Part shown: positions 11,901-23,000 of the stretch, piece by piece | Layout of the letters: each line of letters begins with the position of its first letter | How positions within the stretch are numbered: the stretch's first letter is position 1 | Source of the DNA: Spizellomyces punctatus DAOM BR117 | Lineage: Eukaryota | Direction: 5' to 3' (one strand) | DNA: 64,000 nt | Assembly (NCBI GenBank): GCA_000182565.2 | Contig: KQ257451.1 | Notes under the pieces: generated by a model | What the model saw: only the letters and a program-made list of their open reading frames with translations | Told to the model about the DNA's origin: nothing | Databases searched by the model: none | Program-made: the position numbers and the translations under genes

Positions 11901-14111
11901 GGCCCAGAATGCGTTCTGTCAAAAAAATATAAATAATCGGTGCATGTTCCTTTCAGTCATTTCAAAAACGACAAAGCAACTTACCCGACCCCTTGCGCAC
12001 AATACAAATATTAAACCTTGAGAAATCTGATATAAGACTCTTTTTGGCCATAATGATAAGTAGTTCGCCTGCTGTGGTCGATTCACGGCACGAAATAGTC
12101 GCAAAAGTTCCGTCCCGGCGAAACAGCCTAAACGCGCACTATGCACCAGGTTCAAAGAGTTCATTGTCTCCTTCCCGAGGATATAGTTTATTTTCGCTGT
12201 GAACTTACCAATTTTTCGTCATATAGCTTCTCTTGACTTCCTCTTAGACTATCTCCATCCCCTCGATCATCAAAAGGCGGCAACTCCTCAAAGGGCGTGC
12301 GCAACTCTCCCATACTCGAAGCAGAGGGTATCGTCCCACCCGTCGGGACAGACCGCACAGAAGCATGGTCCGTACTCGTCAACGCTTGTGTCCAGGCCTC
12401 CTGAGGAGTCAAAGTCCGCGCACCCTCGCTATCCAAATGCGTTCCCCAGCTTTCAGGTGGTTGCCATGTGGAAGTGGCTTGAGAGAGAAGGACGTGGGCA
12501 CCTGCGGAAGAAACAGTGTAAGGCCCGGAAGACGGTGGGGGTTGTGGTGCGGGGAGATTGTTGGGCATTTTTTCGGGGGAATAGCCTATCGGTGTGGGAA
12601 CGAGGCCCGAATGGCCAGAGGAAGGGGACAGGGGAGAAACGAGGTCATACGGGACAAAAGAGGGGTCCATGGAGAAATTGGATAGGTCGACTACGGGAAA
12701 CGGTCAGAAGAGCGCGAAGGCTGAGCAATGGACAGTACACTTACGTTGAAGCCGCTTTTCATCTCTCCGTGATCCTTCTCGGCTCTACAAAGAAAATTGA
12801 GAAATTTCGTAGAGAACTTCAATGATACACATTACATACCCGACTATGCTTTGACTTTTTCGTCGGCGTCAAGTGCCCCGTAGATGAATCCCTTGTCACA
12901 ACAGACGTCGCCTCAGACCTCGAAGACGGCGCGCTCCCCTCACTCTTTCGCAACACAACAACATTTTCCGTAGCATGATCAGAGTCTTTGCCCTTTTTTC
13001 TGCCAAACGGATTCCAAAACAGCTTCTTTTTCTCCTTGTGTTCCGTGTTCCACTTGTCTGGGGTGATGGATGGGGGCTTCTTTTCTTTATGGGGAGTGTC
13101 GGGGTTCCACAGGTCGGGGGTGAGAGGTTTTGTGCGTTGCGGGGAGCGTTCGCGAGAGTGTCCGCGGGAACGACTGGATCCGGCGGCGAAAAAGGAGCGA
13201 CTGGATTTCGGCGGGCTGCCAGAGTATTTGGCAGAGTTCATGGATCCGGAAGTGGTTGAAAGGGCTTGGGATGTGACGGACGGGAGAGTCGAACTGGTAC
13301 TTGACAGTGTCCCCGGAATCATGTCTGCGCTCGCCGCTGAGCCTTTGCGCTGTGTCGGACCGTTGTGGTCCGATGAATGCGCTTGCCGTCCAAGATCTTC
13401 CGTAGAGCGTCCGCGGAGGTGAACACGGAGATTACCCCGCAGCCACCCTCTCGACGGTCGTGAATCCTCTTCAGAGGCTCTCGAATGCGGTTCATCGCGT
13501 AGACCTGCTACTATAGCCTGCTCCGATGGTCCACGACGGTACCCAGTATCGGGCATGTTGCGTTGTGCACCCATGTGTGGCGAACCTTGCTGAGAGCCAT
13601 GCTGTGAAGCGGGCTGTGAAGCCGGTTGTGAACTCGGCTGCAACGCAAGTTGCGAACCTGAGTGGGAACCCGTTTGAGAGCCCGTTTGGGAGCCCGTTTG
13701 GGAACCCTTTTGGGAGTCCGTCTGAGATGTGAACCCCGGTAATGAATGCTGCAAATGTCTCTGTGCTAAATGTGAATGCAATTGTGCTGGATGAGTCGGA
13801 GGAGGGGGGAGATCGTGCTGTGGGGGCGGGGGCGGCGGCGGGTATACAGCCTCTCCTTCATGTTCGCGTCCTTGCGACTGATAAAAACGCCGACCGTTCC
13901 CAAATCCGGTTTCCTTCCACCCATCATCATCCGATGCCAACGTGCTTGTCGCGGGAGACAAGTTTGCCGGGGTCAAGCTGGGTGTATTCCCATTTGGACT
14001 GTTCGCATTCGACGCGTAGTTGTACTCGTTGAGTAAATCTTCGAGGAATCGGCCGCTGGCAGACGAGGCTACCGACAAGTGTCCTTGAGCGACGGGACCT
14101 CCGCGGTCCAT
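5958..14111 (-). CDS. CYR1: Fungal adenylate cyclase (disordered N-terminus, Ras-association domain, LRRs, PP2C-like domain, class III cyclase), multi-exon
   Basis: RA: RLFRRDGTFATISC...TERILGRTERPLVIQRRLFEQLGY; LRR ORF 9798-11645 ending LRYNVSNWPYDWNW; PP2C ALFAVFDG...LYIANVGD; cyclase ALVFTDIKNST, YEVKTEGDAFMV, MDYYGPMVNRAARV, VKLKGLETPE; last exon stop TGA 5958-5960. Confidence 0.96.
13580..13726 (-). repeat. 12-bp coding tandem repeat (GSQT/ASQP tetrapeptides) in the CYR1 N-terminus
   Basis: cccgtttgggag-type units encoding SQKGSQTGSQTGSQTGSHSGSQ...SQPASQPASQHGSQQGS. Confidence 0.85.
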
Positions 14112-15169
14112 GGTGGGCCGAGGGGAGGGAGTGTGGGGCGGCCAGAGCAGGTGATTGAAACGGTGAGGTGACGGACGCGACGAAAAGGTGGGATTGTGTT
14201 GAGCGCTGCTAATGTGAATGTTACGTGCGCGTGTTCAATGTTGTGCTGACGAGTACAAATTCCGTGTGCACTCTGAACAACAAGAAAGGCACCCGCACTT
14301 TAGCATATCCCCATTGCGTGTAGTCTTTGCCATGGTCAATAGCGGGTTGTCATGTGTCATCTCCCATTCAATACCATCTCATGCACACATTGCCATCCTC
14401 CAAAACCCGCTAGAACCAATGGTTTCACATCACGTACCTTGCAAGATACCACTCTAAAGCCCCCTACCAAGAAAATGCCAAACCAATAAACACCTGCAAG
14501 TGGAACACATGTAAGATGACCCATTTCTTGTAGGCCTTTTCAAGCCCTCAAAAGTAACACACTCACACTAGCCAAAGGGCAACGTTCACAAACCACAAGC
14601 GTCCCGTCGTCGTCGATGGGTTCCTTCCTATAACAAAAACTCGCTCCCAGCACACAATAACAAGAACAACCAGAAGAAAAAACAGCCCCAAGAAAAGCCC
14701 AAAGCCAGCTTCACCGCAAACGACGACGCCGACCCAAGTTACCACGTGATTCTAAATGACTGTGCCACTCATCAAGAAGGGTGCTTGGCTTGCCCTTGGT
14801 AAACATGTTTGTTTCTTTTTTGTTTACGAATATCTGATATTGATATCGGAGGTTTCGGTCTTTTTTCTTATGGATATTGGAGTGAACAAAGATATTTGGC
14901 ATGTGCAAGTGTATTTTTGGGACATGCGAATGAATGGAACTGTAGATATGGGTTTCTTTTTACATGGATATATACATTTACAAAAGGGATAGGGACTACG
15001 AACTGGAACGTGTTCTTGAATATCAAGATGAGCAAGTACCAAAGTTTTAGATGAACGCCCATTACAAGCCAATCTCCCATCTCCCGGGGTTTCTTCTTTC
15101 TCCTCTGTTGCTGCCCTCGGTATATCGCAACCAATTCGACCCCCATCGGCCCGACCGGTCGCTCCTCCC

Positions 15170-16132
15170 CTACAAACCCTCATACCGATATTTGGGCGGC
15201 ATCTCTGGCGATGTATGCTGTAGATGCGGTGGAGCCAGCACATGTTGGTCATATCGATACGCGTGTGGAGGCTGCGCATAGTCCAAATCAGATGGCTGAC
15301 CCATATATTCTACATTAGGCGGATACGAATGAGAGGGCAATGTCCCGTGTGAGTGCATTGTTCCCATAGACCGCATTGTGCCTTGGGTTCGTATTGTCCC
15401 GTGTTCCTGCATCCCCCGTATCATCGTACCGTCGTCGTATTCATTATACATGCGCATCACCGTCCCATTTGGATGATGCGACCGAACTCCCTGTCCCCCA
15501 TACGTGACCCTCCGCTTCAGCCTGTCCTTGAACCCCTGGGACTGAGCAAGACCCACTTTGCGAAATGTGTAGATCCCCATAGCGGCAACGAGGAGCCCAG
15601 CTCCTGCCACTACCAGGAAGACGACGACTGCTGAGCCTACTTTCGGTGAATCTGAGGAGGTCGCGGTGCCTTTGCTGACCATGTCAGGCATTGCTGCCAC
15701 TTTCTGATTATTGATGATTTCAGGAATGGCGGTTGAAGGCTGAGCGGGAGGGGGTGCTTGTGCTCCAATAGGAAATGGACTGCGAGTAGGTTCTGCATCC
15801 TGCGCCCTTGACTTTGCCATGAGAGGTGTCATGGCCGGGGTCTTCGGTGACCCTATTTTCGTTGCGCCGTTCTGTGAAGGCGGACCCGTCGGCAGGCCAC
15901 CGGGCGGATCAGGAGGGACAGAAGTAATAACATAAATGATGGTGACTGGAGCAGATTCTTTGGTAGTTGCTACTGCAGTGGGTCTCTTTTGCACAGTGGA
16001 GATTTGCTTCTTGTTATTGTTATTGTTGTTGTTGTTCTTCCAATTCTTGTTTCTGCGGTGATCTGCGTATACCGTCTCTGCCAAAAGCGCGAACCCCAGC
16101 CAGAGAAGCAACCACCGCGCCAACAAACGCAT
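15170..16132 (-). CDS. Single-pass type I membrane protein (signal peptide, poly-Asn, S/T/P-rich ectodomain, TM helix, Tyr-rich tail); Mid2/Wsc-like topology
   Basis: 320-aa ORF: MRLLARWLLLWLGFALLAETVYA signal; AVVVFLVVAGAGLLVAAMGIYTF TM followed by RK. Confidence 0.85.
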   Translation of the reverse strand: MRLLARWLLLWLGFALLAETVYADHRRNKNWKNNNNNNNNKKQISTVQKRPTAVATTKESAPVTIIYVITSVPPDPPGGLPTGPPSQNGATKIGSPKTPAMTPLMAKSRAQDAEPTRSPFPIGAQAPPPAQPSTAIPEIINNQKVAAMPDMVSKGTATSSDSPKVGSAVVVFLVVAGAGLLVAAMGIYTFRKVGLAQSQGFKDRLKRRVTYGGQGVRSHHPNGTVMRMYNEYDDGTMIRGMQEHGTIRTQGTMRSMGTMHSHGTLPSHSYPPNVEYMGQPSDLDYAQPPHAYRYDQHVLAPPHLQHTSPEMPPKYRYEGL

Positions 16133-17813
16133 CGCTCTCTGTTTCTCGGGTGGTTACGTGCCTGAGCCTTCGCGGAAGTGTGCCGGTGAAGAGCAAGCTT
16201 GCTAAAGTGAATGAAATTAACAAGGATCAACAAACGAGACGCAATTCTCTGCCACTTGTCTTCCACCTTAAACAAATGTGAGATCCCAGTAACTCGCATG
16301 ATAAAGAACCAAAGGTACAAAGCGACGCTGTTTCAACGACTCCTAGAACCCAGTACGGAATGTTGACTTAAAATAAAACCCACTCGATATCAATCTTCCC
16401 GTCCAAATTACTGGTCACGTGCATAGGATATTGCTTCTTCCCCAAGAACGCGCCTTCTCCAAACAAGTGCAGCGTTTCGGCCTTCAAAACAGAGGTTACG
16501 CATTTGGCATGCAGAACCACCAGAGTTTTGTCACGCATGCCAACAGCGGGATGAGCGATATTGGCAGGATGCAAACAATCCCCGGCTATTACAAACCCCA
16601 ACGTATGCAGTGCCCCCTGTTATTTTTTTCTTTGCGATTTTGCTCATAAAGATGGGGGAATTACACTTGGCATGGAGCTTGAACTTGCATGTGGCTACGC
16701 ATGTCTACGCATTCCGCCATGAAAACGTCACGGGTGGTTGTGCCCAGAACCGGTAGTTGGTAATCATAGATTACAATCCTGTAATCCTCCGCTTACCGCC
16801 CAACAAGACTGTTGCACACTACAGCGTGTGCAATGTTGGGAGTCATTGCAAAAGTCGAGTAACTGGACTGCATGCATCTCACCTCTGGGGGGTCGTTTTT
16901 ACCTGCGCCGAACCCAACTGATCCGTTGCACTTGTTCGCTAGAAAACATTTTGATCCGGCTTCTTCGTGTACGCTTGCACTGTTTGCGGGCCTGTGCAGT
17001 GGTCCATGGCGTCGTCCTCGCCAGCTTTTGGAAGATGAACGGTGAGAGATCATGGAATACGCGTACCATGGACCCGGCTTCATTAAAATTTTTAGGTTCA
17101 TAAACGCCACATTAGACCCGGCAACCTGGTCTCCGATCCTTGATGAACTGGTGCGCCAAAGATGGGGGTGACATGACAAGGGAAACACATGCCCTTTGAC
17201 GCTTTACGCACGGGCTTGACTGCGATGTCAGGTTCAGACCTTTTGTCACCTACGCTGTGCGCTGCATACGCCAAGATCAAGGCCTCACAAAACGCCAAAG
17301 GTGCGATTGTGGTCTAATTGAACTTCCTTGTCCGTTGCTTGTTGCTTTTCACATTTTCCAAGGTTCCTATCCAACCACGTCTGCCAAAAGCATGTTTTGG
17401 TTGCACTTGACGCATACCAGTTCAAACGCAGCCCGCTTCAGATTTTGGCTCGTGTAATTCTGATACATAAAGATTGGTGGGGCCATCGAATCCTCGGTGC
17501 GGCTTGACGGATGATTTGGTAGCCTGGTTGTGGCCTTTCTGTTCCGTGGCATGTTTCGGACTCTTCCAGTAAAACACTCCTCCTGTTCATCAATCATCTT
17601 CTGGTTGAGAGTTTCATGCTTCCCACTTGACGCATTCACCATTCTATTCACATGCTATGGGGTTAGAGTACGCCGATAGTTATGCGACCGGAAACACGGC
17701 TGTGACCTGCCAAAAACAAAGATGGAGACAATGTCCAAAGTCACGTGGATCCTATAAACAGCTTGCGGCATGATGAACTCGTGTATGCAAACAAGCAATC
17801 AAGACGACCCCGC

Positions 17814-19398
17814 ATGTCCCATTCTCAAAAACAAGATCGCACCACACGCAATCCATCAGCGCACCACAGCGAGCTTCTTGTGTTCGGCTACGGATGCACA
17901 TTGTTTCGAAATGACGCTTTGGCAGAGACGGTCGAGTCTCTTCTGCAACCATGGCATGACGAAGAGAATGGGGTGTGGATGGATAGGTAATGCCTAAACA
18001 AAAACGTGAGGTCATAAGATGGGTTATGCTTGCAATGTGGCATGGAACTATCCAATTGTGGGTTTGAACTACAAAAAAGTTAGTGTCTACTGATGCAGGG
18101 TTATGCGAGTGCTTTTGCGCTCGCTATATTACGGTAACCAAATAAACTTTGAATCAACTGAGACAGAGGCTAAGACGGATATCTGATACACCCATCTTTG
18201 GCACTTCTCTGACAACACCAGATTCGACGTCCGCAACCTGCTTGACGATCTTGCCATATGTGATCAACCTGTTTGTCAGATTCCAGAAGCAGACTCAGAG
18301 GAGGATTTGTGCGACGAGGAGCGGTATCGGGATGTGGATTCGGAGGAGGAGACGCTGTTTGATATGTCGGAGGACGAGAGGGTGGAGTACTTGGAGGAGA
18401 AGCGAAGACGGGGATTAGAGGAGAACAAGAAGGAGATTTATTATGATTATGGGCCGGGAGATGGTAATGTTATGGGCAAGATGGGGGAGACGGAGATCTT
18501 GAACGCGGACCAAAAGGTCCAACTCAAGTATGCAGTACCGGCTGCCATGATCACGGTATATGTTCTACGTGTCAGGCAATTGTGGTCCCTCATTTGCTGA
18601 AGCTACCCACATCAGCCGTCCAACCAACGTATAGCAGACATTATCGAGAAAACAGCAACGTTCATCAATAACAGCACAAACCCCCAGATGGAGGTCCTCA
18701 TCCAAGCCAAACAAGCCACCAACCCCGATTTTGGGTTTCTGCACATGCAGCACAGCTTGCATCCTTATTACAAACACGTGCGGTCAGTCCTGAAATCGGG
18801 TTTGGCTGGGTTAACTGCGTACGGTAGCGATAGCGATAGCGACGATGAGGAACAACAAGTTCATCAACCTGAGGATGCTCCAGCTACTCCTGATCTCTCA
18901 ACGGCACCGCTAACGTGGACTGCTTTCCGAGGAGGCGGACTCCCACAGGCGGCCATGAGGCAAGTACAAAATACAACCCTAAACATTAGAATACTCCCTG
19001 ACAGGGACATTAGTATCCCACCACCAGACCTTCAAACCATCATTGACAAAATGGCCTCCTTTGTGGCGCGGAATGGGCCTTCGTTTGAAGCCAAAGTCAA
19101 GGAGAAGAATCGCGGTGACCCCCGGTTTGCGTTCCTACTCCCATGGAACGAGTTTCATATGTACTACAAAAGCAGACGCGATGGACACTCCGTTCATGAG
19201 GGTCAAACGACTGTGGCAAATGACACTGCACCAACGTCCCATGCAAGTACAAACTCCCAGATGACAGATCCTACAAAACTCAAAGCAGAGCGACTTGCAA
19301 GAGCGCGCGCATATCTGGCAACCATGAAAGCAAAAAGCGCACAGACAGGCTCGTCTACTCGCGCCCACCATCACACGGAGCCGGAGTCAATGCCATAA
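17814..19398 (+). CDS. SFSWAP: Splicing factor, suppressor of white-apricot family (DRY_EERY plus two SURP domains)
   Basis: LLVFGYGCTLFRND...WMDR|FDVRNLL...CDEERYRD; SURP1 IIEKTATFI...QMEVLIQAKQATNPDFGFL; SURP2 IIDKMASFVARNGPSFEAKVKEKNRGDPRFAFLLPWNEFHMYY. Confidence 0.9.
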
Positions 19399-20469
19399 CT
19401 TGCAATGTACCCACCGCGTGGACACATCTAATTAATTTGGCTCACAGGATGGTGAAGATGGGAGGTCAATGGACTCGCCAATGCATGGAAACGAAAAAGA
19501 AGACGAGGAAGCATGATTTGTGTCTTTTTGGAGCGCGGACCTGCATAGTCCAATTGTAATGATTGTCATTTGGGGCGGCTGCAAGCTTCAACTCGTTCGT
19601 CCTTTTTAGGCAAACAGAACTATAGAGCAAGTGTCCACGGAATATATTTACCCTAAATGAATAAATCGTATGAACACTACAATCAAAGTCCATGGCTCCA
19701 ACCACGGAAAAAAGTGCCACTTGTTTGCTACTGCATTCAGTAAATGTCGTTCATTTTTGTTTGCGAGCGGCTGGGCGCACTTTTATTGGTAAGCTGATGG
19801 TGTCGCAGGCGCGTATAGGTGGGAGATTTTGTCACAGCTTTATGTTCGCGTGTGTGTATTTTTGGAATTAGTTTGAAGTGCTCCTTTTTGCATAGGTCAA
19901 CATGTCGCCATGCGCTATGTTTCGATGCTCAATATGTCCAAATCATTGTTTTGAATATCGATGGGACGCGTGCTTTTATTTTGGTACACAATGCGGACCG
20001 GAATGCGATCGACGGTGGTGGGGCCGCGCGGGATGCGGGGAAACGGCGGAGGTGCCCCTCAAAAAGACGCGAGACGCACCTTAGCCACGTCCCAAGTTTT
20101 AGAATTGTTTGCGACCGATTGGATAGACAAGAAAGCTTTTTCTTTGTCTCTGGCCGACAAAAGTTTGTTTGTCCAACATTTTTTGGAGACTGGTTGGTGG
20201 GACTCGTGTTACTATTTTTGGACCGTTTTTTTGTGACCGATTTTCTAGATCCGTTCGGTAACCTAACGGTCGATGAATGAAATGGGGCTTTTTTATGGAA
20301 AGGACAGGCTATAGGGGATACCTCTGACCAAACATTTTAAAACTGGTTTAGCTTATCTTGTTCCCGTTTTGTGAGGTAGTTTTTTTTTGTAGCCTTTTGG
20401 ACATTTTTATTTGCGAGGTCTTGAGTCTTCCCTTGGTTGTTGGGGTGCTTGCATATTTTGATTTTCAAC

Positions 20470-22221
20470 ATGGAGGATGAGGTACGGTGCTCGAGCTTTT
20501 GGCCTTGATCGGGTGCCTGTGCGTATAGAACGTCCATACTAATGGTTTGTGGTCGATTGTGCAGTGGTTTGGAACGGAATGGTGTGATTTTCGATGTGAG
20601 TGTTCGTGCTACGTCGTGCAGTATGGTCAATATGTGTTAACCCTTCGGTCAACAGTTCGTGTGAGCGGTTGCAAGCATGCCACAATGTGGAAAACGTTTT
20701 ATATCGGTCGGTTTTGCTTTGGTGTGAGTCTTTTTACACATGCTGTTGTCTGACACTGTTTTTCGCTTTCAACAGTGCACTCCATTATTGCCCTGCCCCT
20801 CTTCTGTATGTACTTGCATCATCCTTGATCAACAAGAATAAGTTTGCTAATGGTATTCAACAGGTCTCGGTCTTTACCTCATATACAAAAAAATCTACCA
20901 ACGGCTTTGGAAGCAGGGGTTAGGAATTTTCGATGTCATTGATGGAGCCGTCAAGCCCCGCGCGACGGAGGGATTCATCTTCCCCGCGACCATTCATATC
21001 TTTGGCCGGTTCATCTACACAACTTTGATTGCGGCGGATGTGTTCAAGAGTAATGCCGTCAAAGAGTTTTTCGTGAGTTCTTTTGCTTCCATGTTCGATT
21101 GTTTGTTGAGTTGGGACTGATGGACTGTCTGATAGCATGATTGGCCATGGATTGCATTGTGGCATGCTGGAGTGTACTTCACCATTGGCATGTAAGTTGT
21201 TTCTTTCGATATCAATCTGGGTGGGACCTGCAAGAAGTCTCATGTCGATCATGTACCATCTAGAATCTACGCAACGCCCAAGTCCTACGTCACTGGCTCT
21301 AAACGCTCAGGAGACGTTTCCATCATCTCCCGTTCCCGCCTTCCCTCCCCCCGTCTCCTGAATTTTCTGCTCTTTGTTTATCTCCTCGTGCCAACCATCA
21401 CCCTCCCCCTCTTTGCCCTCCTGGACGGCATCGCTCGCGATAATGGCAACTATGAACTGGCTGCAACATACAATGAAATCCATTACGTGCTATGGGGGTT
21501 GTACACTATTTTGTTGGGAATGTTGGCGATTTATTTTGGGTTGAAGTTGCTGCTGATATTGAGGAGTAATGTGGAGGCTGTGGCTAGTGCCGATGGAGGT
21601 GTCAACAATGAGTTCCGGAGAGCTATCATGATGGTAGGTTTCTCAATGAATAGACAGCATAGCGTTTTGAAACCATTCGATTCTCATCCTTCCTTTCTGT
21701 GGCATGGCAGCTCATTGTCAGTTTGGGCGGGACATTCTGCATGGAAGTCTCGTACGGCGCCGTCCTTTTCTTTTACGGCATCCTCCGTGTCAAGATCCTT
21801 TCCCTCTTGCCAGCCGCTATCTTTTTCGGGTTCAACTGGATTTTCGCCTCGGCGCTCATGACGTATCCGATTTTCATTACCGCTACCTACAAGTATGTGT
21901 ATTATGTTTTTTCTTCGACGTTGGTCAGTACTAACCGACTTACTCTATAGCCTCATCGTCAATAAACAAGAATCTCGCGCTCGATCCTCCAACAACCTCT
22001 CCGCCTCTCTTCAAGGCCAACAAGCGGGGCAGCGCTCTTCAACCCGCTCTGGCACCGTTAAATCAAACAACAAACCCGTGGTAAACCAGAACTCGACAGC
22101 TGTCCTCTTGACTCCGCTTTCCAATTCTCAGTTGGCTCCGCATTCCAATTCTCAGTTGGCTTTGGAACGGGGGGATAGTTTTTGGAGGGAGGGGGAGCGG
22201 GGGAGTCAAGTCCTACGTTAG
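20470..22221 (+). CDS. Multi-pass (about 7 TM) GPCR-like membrane protein of unknown function, about 9 exons
   Basis: Spliced by eye: MEDE|NVHTNGLWSIVQWFGTEWCDFR|FRVSGCKHATMWKTFYI|VHSIIALPLF|CLGLYLIY...KEFF|HDWPWIALW...GI|IYATP...; seven hydrophobic segments and an S/N/Q-rich tail. Confidence 0.75.
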
Positions 22222-23000
22222 TTGTGCATTCTTAGATAGTTGTTTGCGTACTGATTTTAATGACTTAATAGATACCAATTTTTTGTTTATCGTTTGTATT
22301 AATGATGCGTGCTTGCTTATTGGAGCGGCATTTGTGCCGGGATTGAATTGATGCTCGCACTGCAAATGAGATGGAACTCGTATCGAAAACGCTTCCCGTG
22401 GTGGTATCCCAAGCAGATTGAATGCTTTTGGCAGAATCTCATTTGGATCTGGACATGTTCACTATCAGTCTATTCTGGATATTTGGCGCAGTGTGTCGGC
22501 AGTAATGCTATGTTTATGGCTTGATGCAACTTGCCCGACACCAGTACAAGAACGATGAAGGGCAAAATCGGTTTGCTTACGATTGATGTGGCTTGGCTAA
22601 TGCTTAGTCGCGAGATTTGTATGACTGTGCCACAATTGATTTCATTGGATAATTCTCCCGCTCCCCATTTAAAGTTTCCGCTGATGGGCTTTCGTTCAAG
22701 TTTTTTGGGGAATTTCTCAATTCCATTGGGAGAGATTGCAGGAATTTATCCTTATTTTTTAGGGCTCCAGCGTGCTTGTTGGGGGAGGGTTTTGGACGTT
22801 GATTTTTTTGTAGTGAGAGGTTCAAGAGCAAAGGTAGATGTTGCGAGTGAACTGCGAGATCTGGCTTGCTGTGCTGATCTTTGTTTCCTGAACGATGTAG
22901 GGGCTGTTTTCCTGATACCCATCCTTATCCAAATGATACAATCGAATCCGATTACTTCTCCGTTTTTAAAATAGTCAGTTTTGTTACATTCACCTCCAGA

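Noticed and set aside
16300-17700. Short ORFs between the membrane protein and SFSWAP (for example 17367-17651)
   Set aside because: No recognisable domain, consistent splice chain or transposon hallmark
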